Source: Chiloscyllium plagiosum (taxonomy: Eukaryota). From it: a DNA stretch of 39,701 nt. Made by a program: the position numbers and the translations under genes. Shown here one piece after another: positions 1 to 11,063 of the stretch. Numbering within the stretch: position 1 is the stretch's first letter; each line of letters opens with the position of its first letter. The notes below the pieces were generated by a model. The model was not told where the DNA came from and searched no databases. It was given only the letters and a program-made list of their open reading frames with translations. The DNA lies in contig NC_057711.1 in assembly GCF_004010195.1 (NCBI RefSeq), forward strand, positions 79,150,500-79,190,200. Reading direction: 5' to 3'.

Positions 1-537
1 AAAATATTAAACTCCAATCAAGTTTGAATTTAGTATGTTAACAATATTAAAAGCCAATGACACAATCTGATGCTTTGGGAGTACAAGACTGGGACAAATT
101 GAACAGTTGGGGGAGAACTGCCAAAAGACTATCAGATGTAGGCTGCTAGTTAGAACTCTCTGAGAGGTACCTGTCTAGAGAAGGAGTTTGCACAGAGAAA
201 AACATTAACATCGACCTGGACAGCAAGTCTACAGAGAAAGATATAACGAGAAGATTCGACAGCTGGCTGGTTTTGAAATTTGAATTTTTCAGTTAATATT
301 ATTTGGTGGTTTTATTGGACTAGTATTAAAGAAGGGAAAGTAAAAGATAGGTTACAGGAAGGAGTTGTAAATAATTATTAGTTAATTATTCTCTGTTATA
401 CATTAAGAAATAAAGTTGTTGCTTTTTACTTTAAATATTTCTTGGACTCTCCAATTTTCAGATTACTGCAAGGGATAAATCTTTTCTGTGTTGCTGGTTT
501 AAAATTAACAGAGGGGGATTACCCCTGTGTCGTAACA
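1..537 (+). mobile_element. 3' part of a probable Gypsy-type LTR, interrupting a CR1 fragment
   Basis: AATAAA at 409-414. Ends in an LTR-like ...GTCGTAACA at 537, exactly where CR1 coding sequence begins abruptly. Confidence 0.5.
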
Positions 538-862
538 AGGATTTTAGATAAGGTGAATAGCAAAGGTGTTTTCCCTAAGCTGGGGGAGGTAAAAACTAGG
601 GGGCATATCTTTAAGGTGAGAGAAGAAAGACTTAAAAAGGACATGAGGGGCAACGTTTTTGCAAAAAGAGTGGTTTGTGTGTGGAAAGAATTGTGAAAGG
701 AAGTGATGTATGCAGGTACAGTTACAACATTCAAAAGGTGTTTGAATAAATACATGTATAGGAAAGGTTTGGAGGAATACGTGCCAAGCACAGGCAGTTG
801 GAACTAGTTTAGTTTGGGAATATGGTCAGCATAAACTAATTTGACCAAAAGGTCTGTTCCAT
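538..862 (+). mobile_element. CR1/HER1 LINE 3' fragment (ORF2 C-terminus and 3'UTR)
   Basis: Translates LDKVNSKGVFPKLGEVKTRGHIFKVREERLKKDMRGNVF..RVVCVW, the CR1 'TRGH..K...F..RVV..WN.LP' C-terminal motif. Confidence 0.9.
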
Positions 863-1769
863 CCCCGATGTCCCTTTTCACAAGAAGGCATAGCAATGTG
901 GGAAGAAGGTTAATTGCTTTTTCTACTCCACCAGAGTAAGTGCCATCATCGTCTCTCTGATAGCTCATCCTATGTGGGCTTCTGTACACACTTCCTACCA
1001 AATCTCATGTTCTACCATGCTCATTCATATCTGCAACATCTTCTTCCATTTCCTGTCACCTACTCCAACTCCTGACAGCATGAAGTCTGCATGCCCTCTG
1101 TGCTATATATTCAATCACCCGGAACCACATGCAATAAGAATAATAATTTATCCTTATTGTACTTCAAAATAGTGCCAGATTGTGGCAACAAACACAACAC
1201 TTTTCACTGTGTCTTCAAGATACAAATAAATCATTAACTAAGTCAGCTGTGCCATCCCTTTTCATCTCCCAGGATACCTATCTATCTTTCATTCCAAGAG
1301 GAAAGCAGCTCACAATAAGTCAGAAAATCTCAAGATGATTGGTGGACTGATCAGTAATTGGCTCCTAAATCCTTATGTAGAAAGTATTTTGGCTCTGACT
1401 ATTTTGAATGGCTGATTAACCATGTGCAAGCACTAGGACTGTTATGAGAGGTAGCACCTTAATGAAGGCTATCCCTTTTGCCCTGACTGAGGTTTGCTGA
1501 CAATGTGTCAAGCTTCCTTCCTTTTCTCTGCACTAAATGGCACAAGGCCGAAGTAAGCAAAATTCCCAGAGATGCAGTCTTGTGCAATTGCCAATGTCTT
1601 CATTGCTCAGACCTCTGTACGATTCCATGCAAAGTCTCTGTTGCCTGTTCTACCCACTGTTCTGGTTTATCTGATGTGTCTTTTGTGGCTTTGTACCTTA
1701 AGAAAGACACTGCATGTCTCCTGTGCCAAGTTTTGTCTTGTCCTATTAAGAATGATTGGGTTTGCTTCT

Positions 1770-2275
1770 GGACATCTGCTTCTCTTACCCTTTGGCTGGG
1801 CTTCTCAAGAGCTGATCTTCTTTGGACGGTAATAAATCAGACCAAGGCTCATCAATTATGACTACAATACTTTGGTCTCAAAAGTTCTAACTTTGTCACC
1901 ATATTCACGTCTCTCCACTAGCTAGTGGAGGTCACTAATGAAATCATTTGTATGTTCATTGGATAATGCATTCCTCTTGAATCTTAACCTCTGAAAAAGT
2001 GTGCCAGTTTTAAGTTTGAAATAATTGTCAAAAGCTTTCAATACCTCTTCAAATTTTTTTGATACTTCATTAACACTCTTGGCAAGCAATAAAATCATCA
2101 CCTCTCCTCCCATTTGTGTACAGAAGTCTATTTATTTGCTCATCTTCTGTCTTACTTATAAGTTTAGAAATTATTCTATACCTCAAGAACTGCCTTCTTT
2201 TGGATGCGCTCTATTTAGGTCATCTCTGGAATTAAATCCCCCTAGCAGTATTATTTCTGATGCCATCGCTTCCTT
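1770..2275 (-). pseudogene. Degenerate Gypsy gag relic
   Basis: Minus-strand pieces YRIISKL..KTEDEQINRLLY / FEEVLKAFDNYF..FQRLRFKR..DFISDLH*LVERREYG..SDLL.SKED resemble the Gypsy gag capsid region. Stops and frameshifts present. Confidence 0.75.
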
Positions 2276-2643
2276 ATATGATTAGATATTTTATCTTCTT
2301 TAAAGACTCTATTCTGCAGTTCTCCCATACTCTTCAGCTGTATTGGAGATTTTCCCATTCTTCAGAGTGTTGCTATGACTCTTAATACCTCACTATGCAG
2401 CCTGAATCTGAAGAATATGAAGAGTTGAAGATTTTTTCTAATCTGTGCATCTTCTGCCAGGTCTCAAATGCTTTCTGTGTTTGTTTGTGAAGTATATTTC
2501 TGTGTTGAGTTTGTGTGGTTTGTTGTCATCGTGAATCAGCAATATTTGTGTGCGTTTTCTTTCTCTGTTCTTGAAGGTTTTACATCGAATTTATGTTTGT
2601 TGAATCATTTGCAAATAGCACTACTCACTAAATTATAGCAGGG

Positions 2644-2660
2644 TCCCACTGTTGGCACCA
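2644..2660 (-). promoter_or_regulatory. Primer-binding site, tRNA-Leu-like
   Basis: Minus strand reads ...ACAACA|TGGTGCCAACAGTGGGA. The plus-strand TCCCACTGTTGGCACCA resembles a tRNA-Leu 3' end (TCCCACTTCTGACACCA). It sits between the LTR end and gag. Confidence 0.65.
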
Positions 2661-3077
2661 TGTTGTTTGTAGGTTCCTTCAAGCCGGAAATGGCCTATTT
2701 TGGATATGGATAGCCACCATTCTGGTCTAACCAGAAGAGTCTTGTTGAGTTAATAATGTGAAGTTTATTGTATTACTACCACTGTTCATAGATAATTTGA
2801 AAATGATCTGATATGAGCCAAATGCTGGCAAATGGGACTCGATCAATTTAGGATGTCTGATCAACATGGACGAGTACAACTGAATGGTCAGTTGAGTCTA
2901 TGAATCTACTATCTACATTTCTGCAGAGATTCTTGGGGACACACTAGCCTCGGTCTAGCTGCTTCAAGCTCCTCCTTCACTTTGCCAAGTCTCCATGACG
3001 TCCAATACTTTCAAACTCTTTATAATAGCAGATTAATACACATTCGTATGGATGTGAAACATTATAATAATACCAAC
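2661..3077 (-). mobile_element. 5' LTR of the minus-strand Gypsy relic, with a CR1 tail inserted at about 2808-2908
   Basis: TGTTG terminus abuts the primer-binding site. Minus-strand AATAAA near 2764-2769. Distal boundary uncertain. Confidence 0.5.
2808..2908 (+). mobile_element. CR1 3'UTR fragment
   Basis: GATATGAGCCAAATGCTGGCAAATGGGACT...CAACATGGACGAG matches the other CR1 tails in this window (e.g. 18480-18597). Confidence 0.8.
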
Positions 3078-3229
3078 GCTATTGCCAAGAAAATATCTTC
3101 TGCAGATTCAGATTTAAAAAGGCAAAGAAACTGGTTGTAAATCTTTCAGTAGCTCACCGAGGCTCCTTTGAAAGTATTCCAAACTCAGAGCCCCTAAAAG
3201 GACAAATGCACCTCGTAGATGTTTCTCTA

Positions 3230-3490
3230 GCTAGAAGGAAAGTGGAGCAGATACATGGCAACACTACCACCTGCATTTACCATTGTTGAATGCACATGAA
3301 TACTGGCTTAGAACTATATTGCTATTCCTTCAATGTGACTGGTTCATAACCTGGAACTCCATTCCTATTAGCAATGTGGTGTAGCTACATCACAGATTCA
3401 AGAAGGCAGCTCAACACCACCTTCTCACGGCAATTCAGGGTGGGCAATAAATGCTGGCCTCACCAGTGATGTCAAAATCCCATAAAAGAT
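3230..3490 (+). mobile_element. 3' end of a second CR1-clade LINE family
   Basis: TTCAAGAAGGCAGCTCAACACCACCTTCTC (FKKAAQHHLL) followed by GGGCAATAAATGCTGGCC...GATG..ATCCCAT tail. Same family at 19800-20032(-) and 27545-27868(+). Confidence 0.75.
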
Positions 3491-4127
3491 TTCTAAAATG
3501 TCTGTGATAACAAGAAGTAGGCAAATAAGACTTGCATTCACAAATAAAAATGTATTTGAATAATCAGGCATGGATGTCTGATGCAGGCCACATAAGTTCA
3601 ATCTACACAGTGTGATATTGAAGTGGTGCAGGCAAATAGTTATTAATTATCAGCTCTGAAAAGATTCATAGTGAAGTACTGACTGATGTTGATCAGGTTT
3701 AACCCAAAGGATGCACTTCTCTCTGCAGTGCCCTTTTCCATCCCCTTGACTTCTTAATTCCAATCTTATCCAGATGAGTTGTCAGCATGTGATACTGTAG
3801 AAATATTTTTCAACAGATTAAATAAATACTTTGTGTGAATTGAGATCAGTCTAAGAGCTAAGTGAAATGAACAAAGTTATTGACAATGTCAATGCTTAAG
3901 CACTTTCTTTCTTACAGTGGGGAAGACTTGCACATCTCTGTTGTAAAGATGTCGAAAGTAAGATATATGATTACAACAAGCCTCCAAGAAGTTCACATGG
4001 GACTCAACTCAATAGTTGTAATACAAACTTACTTTATTGGTTTTTTTCTATGTTTCACATTGCAGCACTGGGCATTTTCCTTCAGATAAATGTGACTGTT
4101 TCCAACACTGCAACACATTTCATCTGA

Positions 4128-4300
4128 GGAGATCTTGTGTTGCACTGGTAGTACCCCACATCCAAGCTAAGAGTCATTTTTTTAAAGTCACACTTCAGGA
4201 CTTGAAGGATATGTGGCTAAACATCTTATCAAACTGTGAATCCTTCCAATAAGTCTATGGCAGATGATAGGAATGGGAGAGTTTCTTGCTCGGCCAGAAT
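4128..4300 (+). mobile_element. Degenerate short tRNA-derived SINE
   Basis: TCTTGTGTTGCACTGGTAGT head and AAGTCACACTTCAGGACTTGA. Related to the minus-strand copy ending at 16512. Confidence 0.45.
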
Positions 4301-5032
4301 CACATGGTCACTGTAATGCAACAGCCTCTCCATGTTAAAAGACTCCACATGCAAATTCTTGCCATGAATATGTGTCATTTAAATTTGACTGTTGTCTTAT
4401 GTCTCAGTCAGAATGTCAATATACCTCTAAGAGATATGTTCATGACATCAATACTGTGTCATAGCATTTGTTCTGAGAACATGATGATCTTCATTGTCCA
4501 TCTTACTTCAGATAATTGAAGCATGTCACCCTTTGGAAACATACTACCTTGTTTTAATATAGTAATTTGTTTTTATAGCAGACATTTATATGCCTTAGGA
4601 ATGTAATGTTCATATATAAGCCTTCGTTGCAGTAATTATCTATTGGATTCTTCAATACCATGATAGTCTCATCTTGTTTCTCATATTGTAGAAGCTAATA
4701 TTAGCATTACTGTATTAAGTAAAATACCATGCATGGGGCAAATTCACACCACTGAGGGACTACTGCACACACATTATGGTTCTTCTTGGTAAATGAGAGG
4801 TATGTCTCCTTTTCTTGAATCCAAAAAATATTCAAACCTCCAGAATTAGTTATTTATTTCATATCATGTTTCTTTGGTTTATTTTCAAAAGTGTTGATAA
4901 TGAAAATAATTAACATAAATATAATTTGAACATTGAACTTCATCAGCAAGGTTGACCTTATTGCAATCACATCCTTTTCCACATCTTCCATTTATTAAAA
5001 GCCAGACTTATGGCTATTTTCTCTTTTATATA

Positions 5033-5243
5033 CAGTTAGAGGGTCGCTGATTTACCAACATCCGACTTACTTACAAATGCAATCTCATACAGGGGTAGAA
5101 TTTTAAAGACCCAGCACATAAACATCTCTTGTACTTACAAATAGCTCCTTCATATTGTCTTGCATGGTGTTCTGACTTGCGCGCAGATCAACTTATGAAC
5201 AGACTCCAGAACAGAACCAGTTCACAACCGGAGGACTGCATCT
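5033..5243. mobile_element. Tigger/pogo-like MITE, degenerate
   Basis: Aligns along its length with the reverse complement of 32095-32286 (CAGGGGT..AATTTTAA, TGTACTTACAAAT.GCT, ATATTGTC.TGCAT, GAACAGACT..GAACAGAA). Confidence 0.7.
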
Positions 5244-5873
5244 ACTTTTTCTAATGCTAATTTATGAAACTGATGCGGGCTTTACATTCGATCATGTACA
5301 AGATAAAAATTTGCTCATCAATTGGAAGTAGTTTAGTTTATAAAATAAGCATTTAAGAATTGTGGACATTTCCTCTCACTTGTAGGATACTGATATGTAT
5401 CATTATGCGTTGTCTCATAGAACTCATTCCTCATTGTGACAGATTGAAGTCTGATTTCGGACTTAACACTTTTAAGTAGTTCCATCTAATCATCCAATCC
5501 AAACTTTGGGTCCGCTACGTGAATGACACTTTTGTCATCACTAAGCAAAACAAATTAGAGGAAACCTTCAAGGCCATCAATAATACCCTTACTGGCATAA
5601 AATTCACTAAAGAGGAGGAAAACAACAACAAACTGATATCGCAGTAGAATGAACAGCCAGTGGGGAACTTCAAACCAGCATGTACAGGAAAACAAGACAT
5701 ACTGACCAAATACTGAACTACAGAAGCAATCATCCCAACACTCACAAAAAAAGCTGCATTAGAACATTATTTCAATGAGCCAATACACATTGCAGCAAAG
5801 AGGAACTACACAGAGCGGAGGAAAATCATCTATACACTGAAATTCAAAAAGAATGAGTACCCAATGAAGACAG

Positions 5874-6011
5874 GGCAAAAGTGAGGGCTGTAGATGCTGG
5901 AAACCAGAGTTTAGATCAGAGTAGTGCTGGAAAAGCACAGCAGGTCAGGCAGCATCCGAGGACCAGGAAAATTGATGTTTCGGGCAAAAGCCCTTCATTA
6001 GGAATCAGGAA
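5874..6011 (-). mobile_element. Mini PLE-derived insertion with a mutated hammerhead (CUAAUGA) and a 16-bp TSD
   Basis: TACCCAATGAAGACAG (5858-5873) and TACCCAATGAACACAG (6012-6027) flank it. The host PLE sequence resumes after the second copy. Confidence 0.88.
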
Positions 6012-6654
6012 TACCCAATGAACACAGTCTACCGATTTCTCAGCAACAAACCCCATCAAGCAGACAAAACACATCCAGAAACCCTAGCCACTCTTCCTTT
6101 CATCAAAGACATAGTGGAAATGACTGTCAATCTACTCAGACCACTCAGACCTCTTGGCATCATGGTAGCCCACAAACCCACCAACACACTAAAACAGCAA
6201 TGAGCTTGAAAGACCCTATACAGACAATCAACAATATTAATGTCATTTACAAAATATCTTACAATAACTGTAACAAACACTACATTGGACACACAGGCAT
6301 AAAACTAGCCACCAGGATACATGAACATCAACTAGCCACAAGAAGACATCACCCCTCTCACTAGTATCCTTACATACAGATGAGGAAGGACACCACTTCG
6401 ACTGAGACAACAGATCCATTCTAGGACAAGCCAAACAGAGACACGCACAAGAATTCCTAAAAGCATGACATTCCAAATTGAACTCTAACAAACACATTGA
6501 CTTGGATCCCATTTACCAACCCCTGAGAAAAAGGACAGGAAATGATGTCACCACATGAAATGATTTCACCACCGGAAATGACATAACCAACCCAAGGAAT
6601 CCTAAACACATCAATAGAAAGCTGGCCATGCCACTAGTGCTTCATCTGGAGGCT

Positions 6655-6693
6655 CACTGATTATGTTACCTAGTATGATGAGGAAACATCTGA
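6655..6693 (+). ncRNA. Degenerate minimal hammerhead ribozyme in the PLE 3' region
   Basis: CA-CTGATTA-TGTTACC TAGTAT GATGAG-GAAAC-ATC-TG. HHR layout with a mutated core and stem II, in the position expected for a PLE terminal repeat. Confidence 0.55.
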
Positions 6694-7409
6694 AAATGAA
6701 CCCTCCAGCTCAGCAAGCAAACCAACATCCATGTTACATGTGAGCTACGAATCTTCTCAAAACTCATTAGCTTTTGAATAGTGTTTGAAGTGTTTTGAAG
6801 AATTATATGTTTCATGTGATGATTTGTGAGCATCACATTGTTGTGATTATTGATCCTTTTATGTTTGTTATAATTATTAGCTGGATGTCATAGGGGTTAT
6901 TTGCTTTCCAAAATGATCACCACATTTCACAAGTTCTGTTTTCTTTCATTGTGTAGCCCTATATTTCATGTTTCACTCTGCTTTTGCTTTCATTCAGACC
7001 TTCTGCTCTTGATCCAGTTCATGATTAACACCATGAAGATAGCTCAGGAAGGCTTGTGTAAAAAAGATGTATAAAGATAAGTGTAACTGAAGGTATTCCA
7101 ATTGTTGATGGAGGAATCACTTTGTAATGATAAAGAAATTGACATGCTTCTATTATGACTTGGTGTCAGCTATCGCTGTATAAAACATTGTGAAACTTTG
7201 CATTGTGCAAACAATTTCATTTGCAGACGCCATTTTTAATGCATCTTTCCACTAATGATTTCATATTTGTCAAATATGACAGCAATGCTTCATCTTGTTT
7301 TGTTTAACTTTGATGTCACTAAATTTCAGCAAATTTGACACCACATATCTTCTCAGGTGGTTCTTTCATGAAGAGTCAGACTAATTGTTAGCAAAGGACC
7401 ATGGTATAT

Positions 7410-7578
7410 CAGGGTGGTCGGGGGTTAGCTCTACCGCCTCACAGTGCCAGGGACCTGGGTTCCATTCCACCCTCAGGTGACTGTCTGTGTAGAGGTTGCA
7501 CATTCCCCCTGTGTCTGCATGGGTTTTCTAAGTCATCTGGTTTCCTCTCACAGAGCAAAGATGTGCAGGTTAGGTGGA
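7410..7578 (+). mobile_element. HE1-type V-SINE, 3'-truncated
   Basis: GCCTCACAGTGCCAGGGACCTGGGTTC head, TGTCTGTGTAGAGGTTGCACATT V-domain, CAAAGATGTGCAGGTTAGGTGGA. Confidence 0.85.
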
Positions 7579-7867
7579 GCTCAAAACTTGAGCTCTTGTC
7601 ACTTTTGTATTCATCATGCAAAGCAAGTAAAAGATTTACCTTTGATTGTTATGCAGGTGCTGCTAGTCGCCTATGATCTATATATAATTTTAGAATTTCT
7701 CCCATGCAAGTAAAGAGGGAAGTGTAAGATACTACACATGATTGAGAGTGCATCTTTCTCTGTTTGCAAGTAATTTTGATCTATGGGCATTAGTGATCAG
7801 TCTGCAATGCCGCAGTTTTTGTGGTTGTCTGCGTGAGAACTATACAACCAGGTTTACACACACAACT

Positions 7868-8112
7868 GGCTGGAGTTTATTGTCATGTGTATTTTGCAAT
7901 AAAAATACAATAAGATACAGTGAAAAGATTTCATTTGTTGCCATGAAAAAGTGCCATTTTGAATAATTTAAGAATAACAAAAGACAAAGAAAGATATAGC
8001 TTGAAGAAAGTCCATTATGATGGAGCCACCTCATCACTGTAGACGATGCTGCAGTGGACATCAGACCCAATCAACATCAAAGTTGCCGATCCTCAGGCGC
8101 CATCTTTGTTGC
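7868..8112 (-). mobile_element. Short non-autonomous retroposon with an AAGATGGCGCC head and a TTTTCACTGTA...ACACATGACAATAAA tail
   Basis: Same tail motif on the plus strand near 1200-1232 and 28720-28790. Family assignment uncertain. Confidence 0.45.
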
Positions 8113-8299
8113 TTGGTTGATACTCTTCCACCTCACAATAAGTATTTGTGCAACTTTCTGGCAACCATTGTTTGATCTATTGCACATTCTGTTTTTTAGT
8201 TCATTCTGATTTAGTTCACTCCCAGTAGGTGGTGTCCTTTTGGATTGAGCAGGGGGACAGGTTGCATAGCAAGCTCAGGGCTGAGGTGTCTTTAATAAG

Positions 8300-10010
8300 T
8301 TCTGAGCCCTAGTGGACTCAGGACTATCAGTATGTTGTCAGGATCTGAAGGATTTGCAATGACTTTTTTTATCTTACTTCTTCTCTGTGATACTCCATCA
8401 CTGCAGAATACATGATTGAAACATTTGATTCTGCTTTCATTGAACAGACACTTGTCTTTGTTCAAGGTGATGGTTACATTCTCTAAGATGTTGTAGGCAT
8501 GCAAGTTTGCATGTTTTCACTTGCAGTGCCACTGTCAATGAGTAGGTTATCTCTAAGAGTCAATGGATCTTCAAGTCCTTGTGGCGCAAATTAGATTTCA
8601 TGTTGAAATAACTCAACTGCTGATTTGACTCCAAAGTTGAGCTTCTCTTACTGAAAACATCTGATGTGAATGGAGAATACTATACGATTTATTGTAATAC
8701 ATTAATTCTTCTACAAGTTCAGTTTGATGATAATCAACAAAGCAGTCAAATTTGGTGAGATATTCAGCACCATTCACTTTCTCTATGATATTGTCAAGTT
8801 TTTTTTTGTTGTACGTCCTGGTTTGATAATTGCTTAACTGTGCAGATTTGGATCTTGTCCTTGCTGTTGGGTTTCTTGACAACTTGTATAGATGAGACCC
8901 AAAGGATGGATCAATCCTCAAATGTCTCATCAATATCAAGGTCAAGTAATTGTGGATACTCATTCTCTGTCTGTTTTCTGGCGCGAAACAATATGTAGGC
9001 TACATTGATGCACGATTGGAGACACCTTAAGATTTACTTAAACCTTACACGTGACATGTTTTAGTTTGCCAATATCAATGAAGCAGTTTCCTTATAGTTC
9101 GAGAATGTTGTTGGTATTTGTTGGAATTGCATATGAAACTACAAACGTGTGCAGAACTGTTGCTATGTAGAAATTGATCAGAATATCGCATTCTCCAGGT
9201 ATGGCAGAAAATACAGCCTTTGATTTAATGTCTTTGAATGAATCTGGCATTTGACAAGTGAGCTTTAAGTGCTTTGTTATAATTTCAAGTTTGCAGAGGA
9301 ATAGACAGCCTCAAATTTGCAAAATGGTTTGTCGCCGATGATGGTTCTGTGTCTATAAGAGCACCTACATCCAAACAGCCAGTATTCACCATCACATGTG
9401 GTTGGTTACTGTATTCAGAAGAAGGAACTAATTTGTGTTCAGGATCGTTTACTTCTACATTTCATAAATTTTCTCATTTTTTTTCTAGTGACATCTTTCT
9501 TGCTTATATGGTACTTTTCTGGTAGCATTGGTCTTAACAGTTGAGATTGCATGAAAAACAACAAATCCAGGTAAAATGGTTGAATTTTCCACAAGCTTTA
9601 TACTATTTACCAGTAGTAAGGCATTCTGTCTGCTGCGGATATCTCAGTGGAAACATGGTTCAGACAAATCATGATTCTGTTTTTGAGGTAGGTGTTGTTC
9701 CTTTATAACTGGTTTTCTGGCATATGAGTGATGGAAACTGTTCACAAGAGTTGAAGTGGAAGAATGACAATCACATTGAAAGACATGTTGTTAGCCTCAA
9801 CTTCAGCAGCTCTCAATTCTAATGGGAATACTGACCTTGCTATCTTCAGTTGTGTCTTATTTGAATGCATTCCTGTGACATTGACTAGAGGAACAAACTT
9901 CAATTATTTGCATTGGATTCCATTTGTATTCATTCAGATTTGGTTACTAATTACCTCCATTGCATGAAATGTTGACCTATTGTTTCATTTGCTTATAACC
10001 TGTATTACAG
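8300..10010 (-). pseudogene. Degenerate Gypsy gag-pol relic (zinc knuckle, protease, RT)
   Basis: Minus strand: GK..KACGKFNHF..IC knuckle (~9560-9650); GALIDT protease motif (~9350); DNIIEKVNGAEYLTKFD...YHQ.EL, KLNFGVKSAVELFQH and TLNKDKCLFN...F.HVF..DGV RT motifs. Confidence 0.85.
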
Positions 10011-10017
10011 CTAGGTG

Positions 10018-10140
10018 AGGGGGCTGTTGTGGTGCAGTGGTAGTGTCCCTATCTCTGAGCCAGTTAGCCTGGGTTTAAGCCCCACCTGCCTCAGATATGT
10101 GTCATAACACGTTTGAACAGATTGATTCTCAAAAAATATA
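10018..10140 (+). mobile_element. Short tRNA-derived SINE
   Basis: GGGCTGTTGTGGTGCAGTGGTAGTGTCCCT A-box region, GGGTTTAAGCCCC B-box-like, CATAACAC..TGAACAG.TTGATT. Copies at 29730-29830 and 33114-33230. Confidence 0.75.
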
Positions 10141-10142
10141 TA

Positions 10143-10303
10143 CAGAACACCCTCGGTTATCCGAATATCAATTATCCGAACTCCAGATTATCCGAACTCC
10201 AAGATCTCAAGGTCCTGTAAAAACGTTATACTTTATTCGAACACTCAGTTATCCGAGCAAAACACTTCCTGCCTGTCTCATTCGGATAATCTAGGTTGTT
10301 CTG
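10143..10303. mobile_element. Tigger/pogo-like MITE with about 24-bp terminal inverted repeats and TA TSD
   Basis: TA|CAGAACACCCTCGGTTATCCGAAT ... ATTCGGATAATCTAGGTTGTTCTG|TA, with reiterated internal TTATCCGAA motifs. Confidence 0.9.
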
Positions 10304-10930
10304 TATCTACAACCAGGTGAGGAGGGATGGAATAATCCTCCTCTTTTCCCAACCTCAGATAATTGATAGATTTCAAATATTCTAAGTGGCATTTTTGCCA
10401 ATTCAGTGTTACTTAATTGCATGCAGATGATAAAGTAATAGCAGACAGGACTTCTTGAGTTAAACAATTAAGGTATTAATTTTAATGAGCGAAAACCCAT
10501 CTAAGTAAAAAATATTTATACATGTTTTACAACGTCCAACTTCTAAAGCTCAGGTAAATACTCTTATTTGAACAAAACATGCAAAAATACAAAAAACAGA
10601 GTGGAGGAGATTAACTTTAGTCAGGTTGAAGTTCAGCATGAGGAAAAAGAGTTCACTAGTTGCAGCTGGCTGCCTGGTCTGACCAGGTCCATCAAAAAGC
10701 TTTGGTCCTCAGCTAACAGTTTAACGTTGTCACTGATGCTTATTTCTCCTTCTGGGAATGGTGTTCTGGAACCTAAAGTCTTCCTTTAAAAGTTTTCTGT
10801 TTGCATTCAGGGATGTAAAACTAAGCAAACTTTGCAAAAATATTGGCATCTTCGATGGAGATAGAGAGAGCAACAATTTTCTCACACAATTGTTAAAAGG
10901 TAAAGGTAAAGTAAGCATAGTCATGTTGGA

Positions 10931-11063
10931 GGTAAAAACAATGACTGCAGATGCTGGAAACCAGATTCTGGATTAGTGGTGCTGGAAGAGCACAGCAGTT
11001 CAGGCAGCATCCGAGGAACAGTAAAATTGACGTTTCGGGCAAAAGCCCTTCATCAGGAATATC
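10931..11063 (-). mobile_element. Mini PLE-derived insertion with a hammerhead and a 17-bp TSD
   Basis: AGCATAGTCATGTTGGA (10914-10930) and AGCATAGTCATGTCGGA (11064-11080) flank it. Homologous to 5874-6011 and 23717-23821. Confidence 0.9.
11026..11060 (-). ncRNA. Minimal type I hammerhead ribozyme (PLE type)
   Basis: Minus strand AUUC-CUGAUGA-A-GGGC UUUU GCCC-GAAA-C-GUC-AAU. Intact core, 4-bp stem II, palindromic ACGU in place of stem III, GUC triplet. First stem I pair is mismatched. Confidence 0.75.

Larger units (their letters stand above)
5490..6770 (+). mobile_element. 5'-truncated Penelope-like element (Poseidon-type): RT C-terminus, GIY-YIG endonuclease and 3' terminal region
   Basis: KLWVRYVNDTFVI (YVDD mutated), GIKFTKEEENNNKL, YRKTRHTDQILNYRSNHP, then NVIYKISYNNCNKHYIGHTGIKLATRIHEH. 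Multiple stops and frameshifts. Confidence 0.92.

Noticed and set aside
6998..7092. Good acceptor (CTTTTGCTTTCATTCAG) with a possible AG|GTATTC donor
   Set aside because: All three frames hit stops and the donor is weak. Cannot be separated from a pseudo-exon.
7577..7595. 8-bp inverted repeat GAGCTCAA-AAC-TTGAGCTC at the SINE truncation
   Set aside because: Short enough to arise by chance or as minor repair filler.
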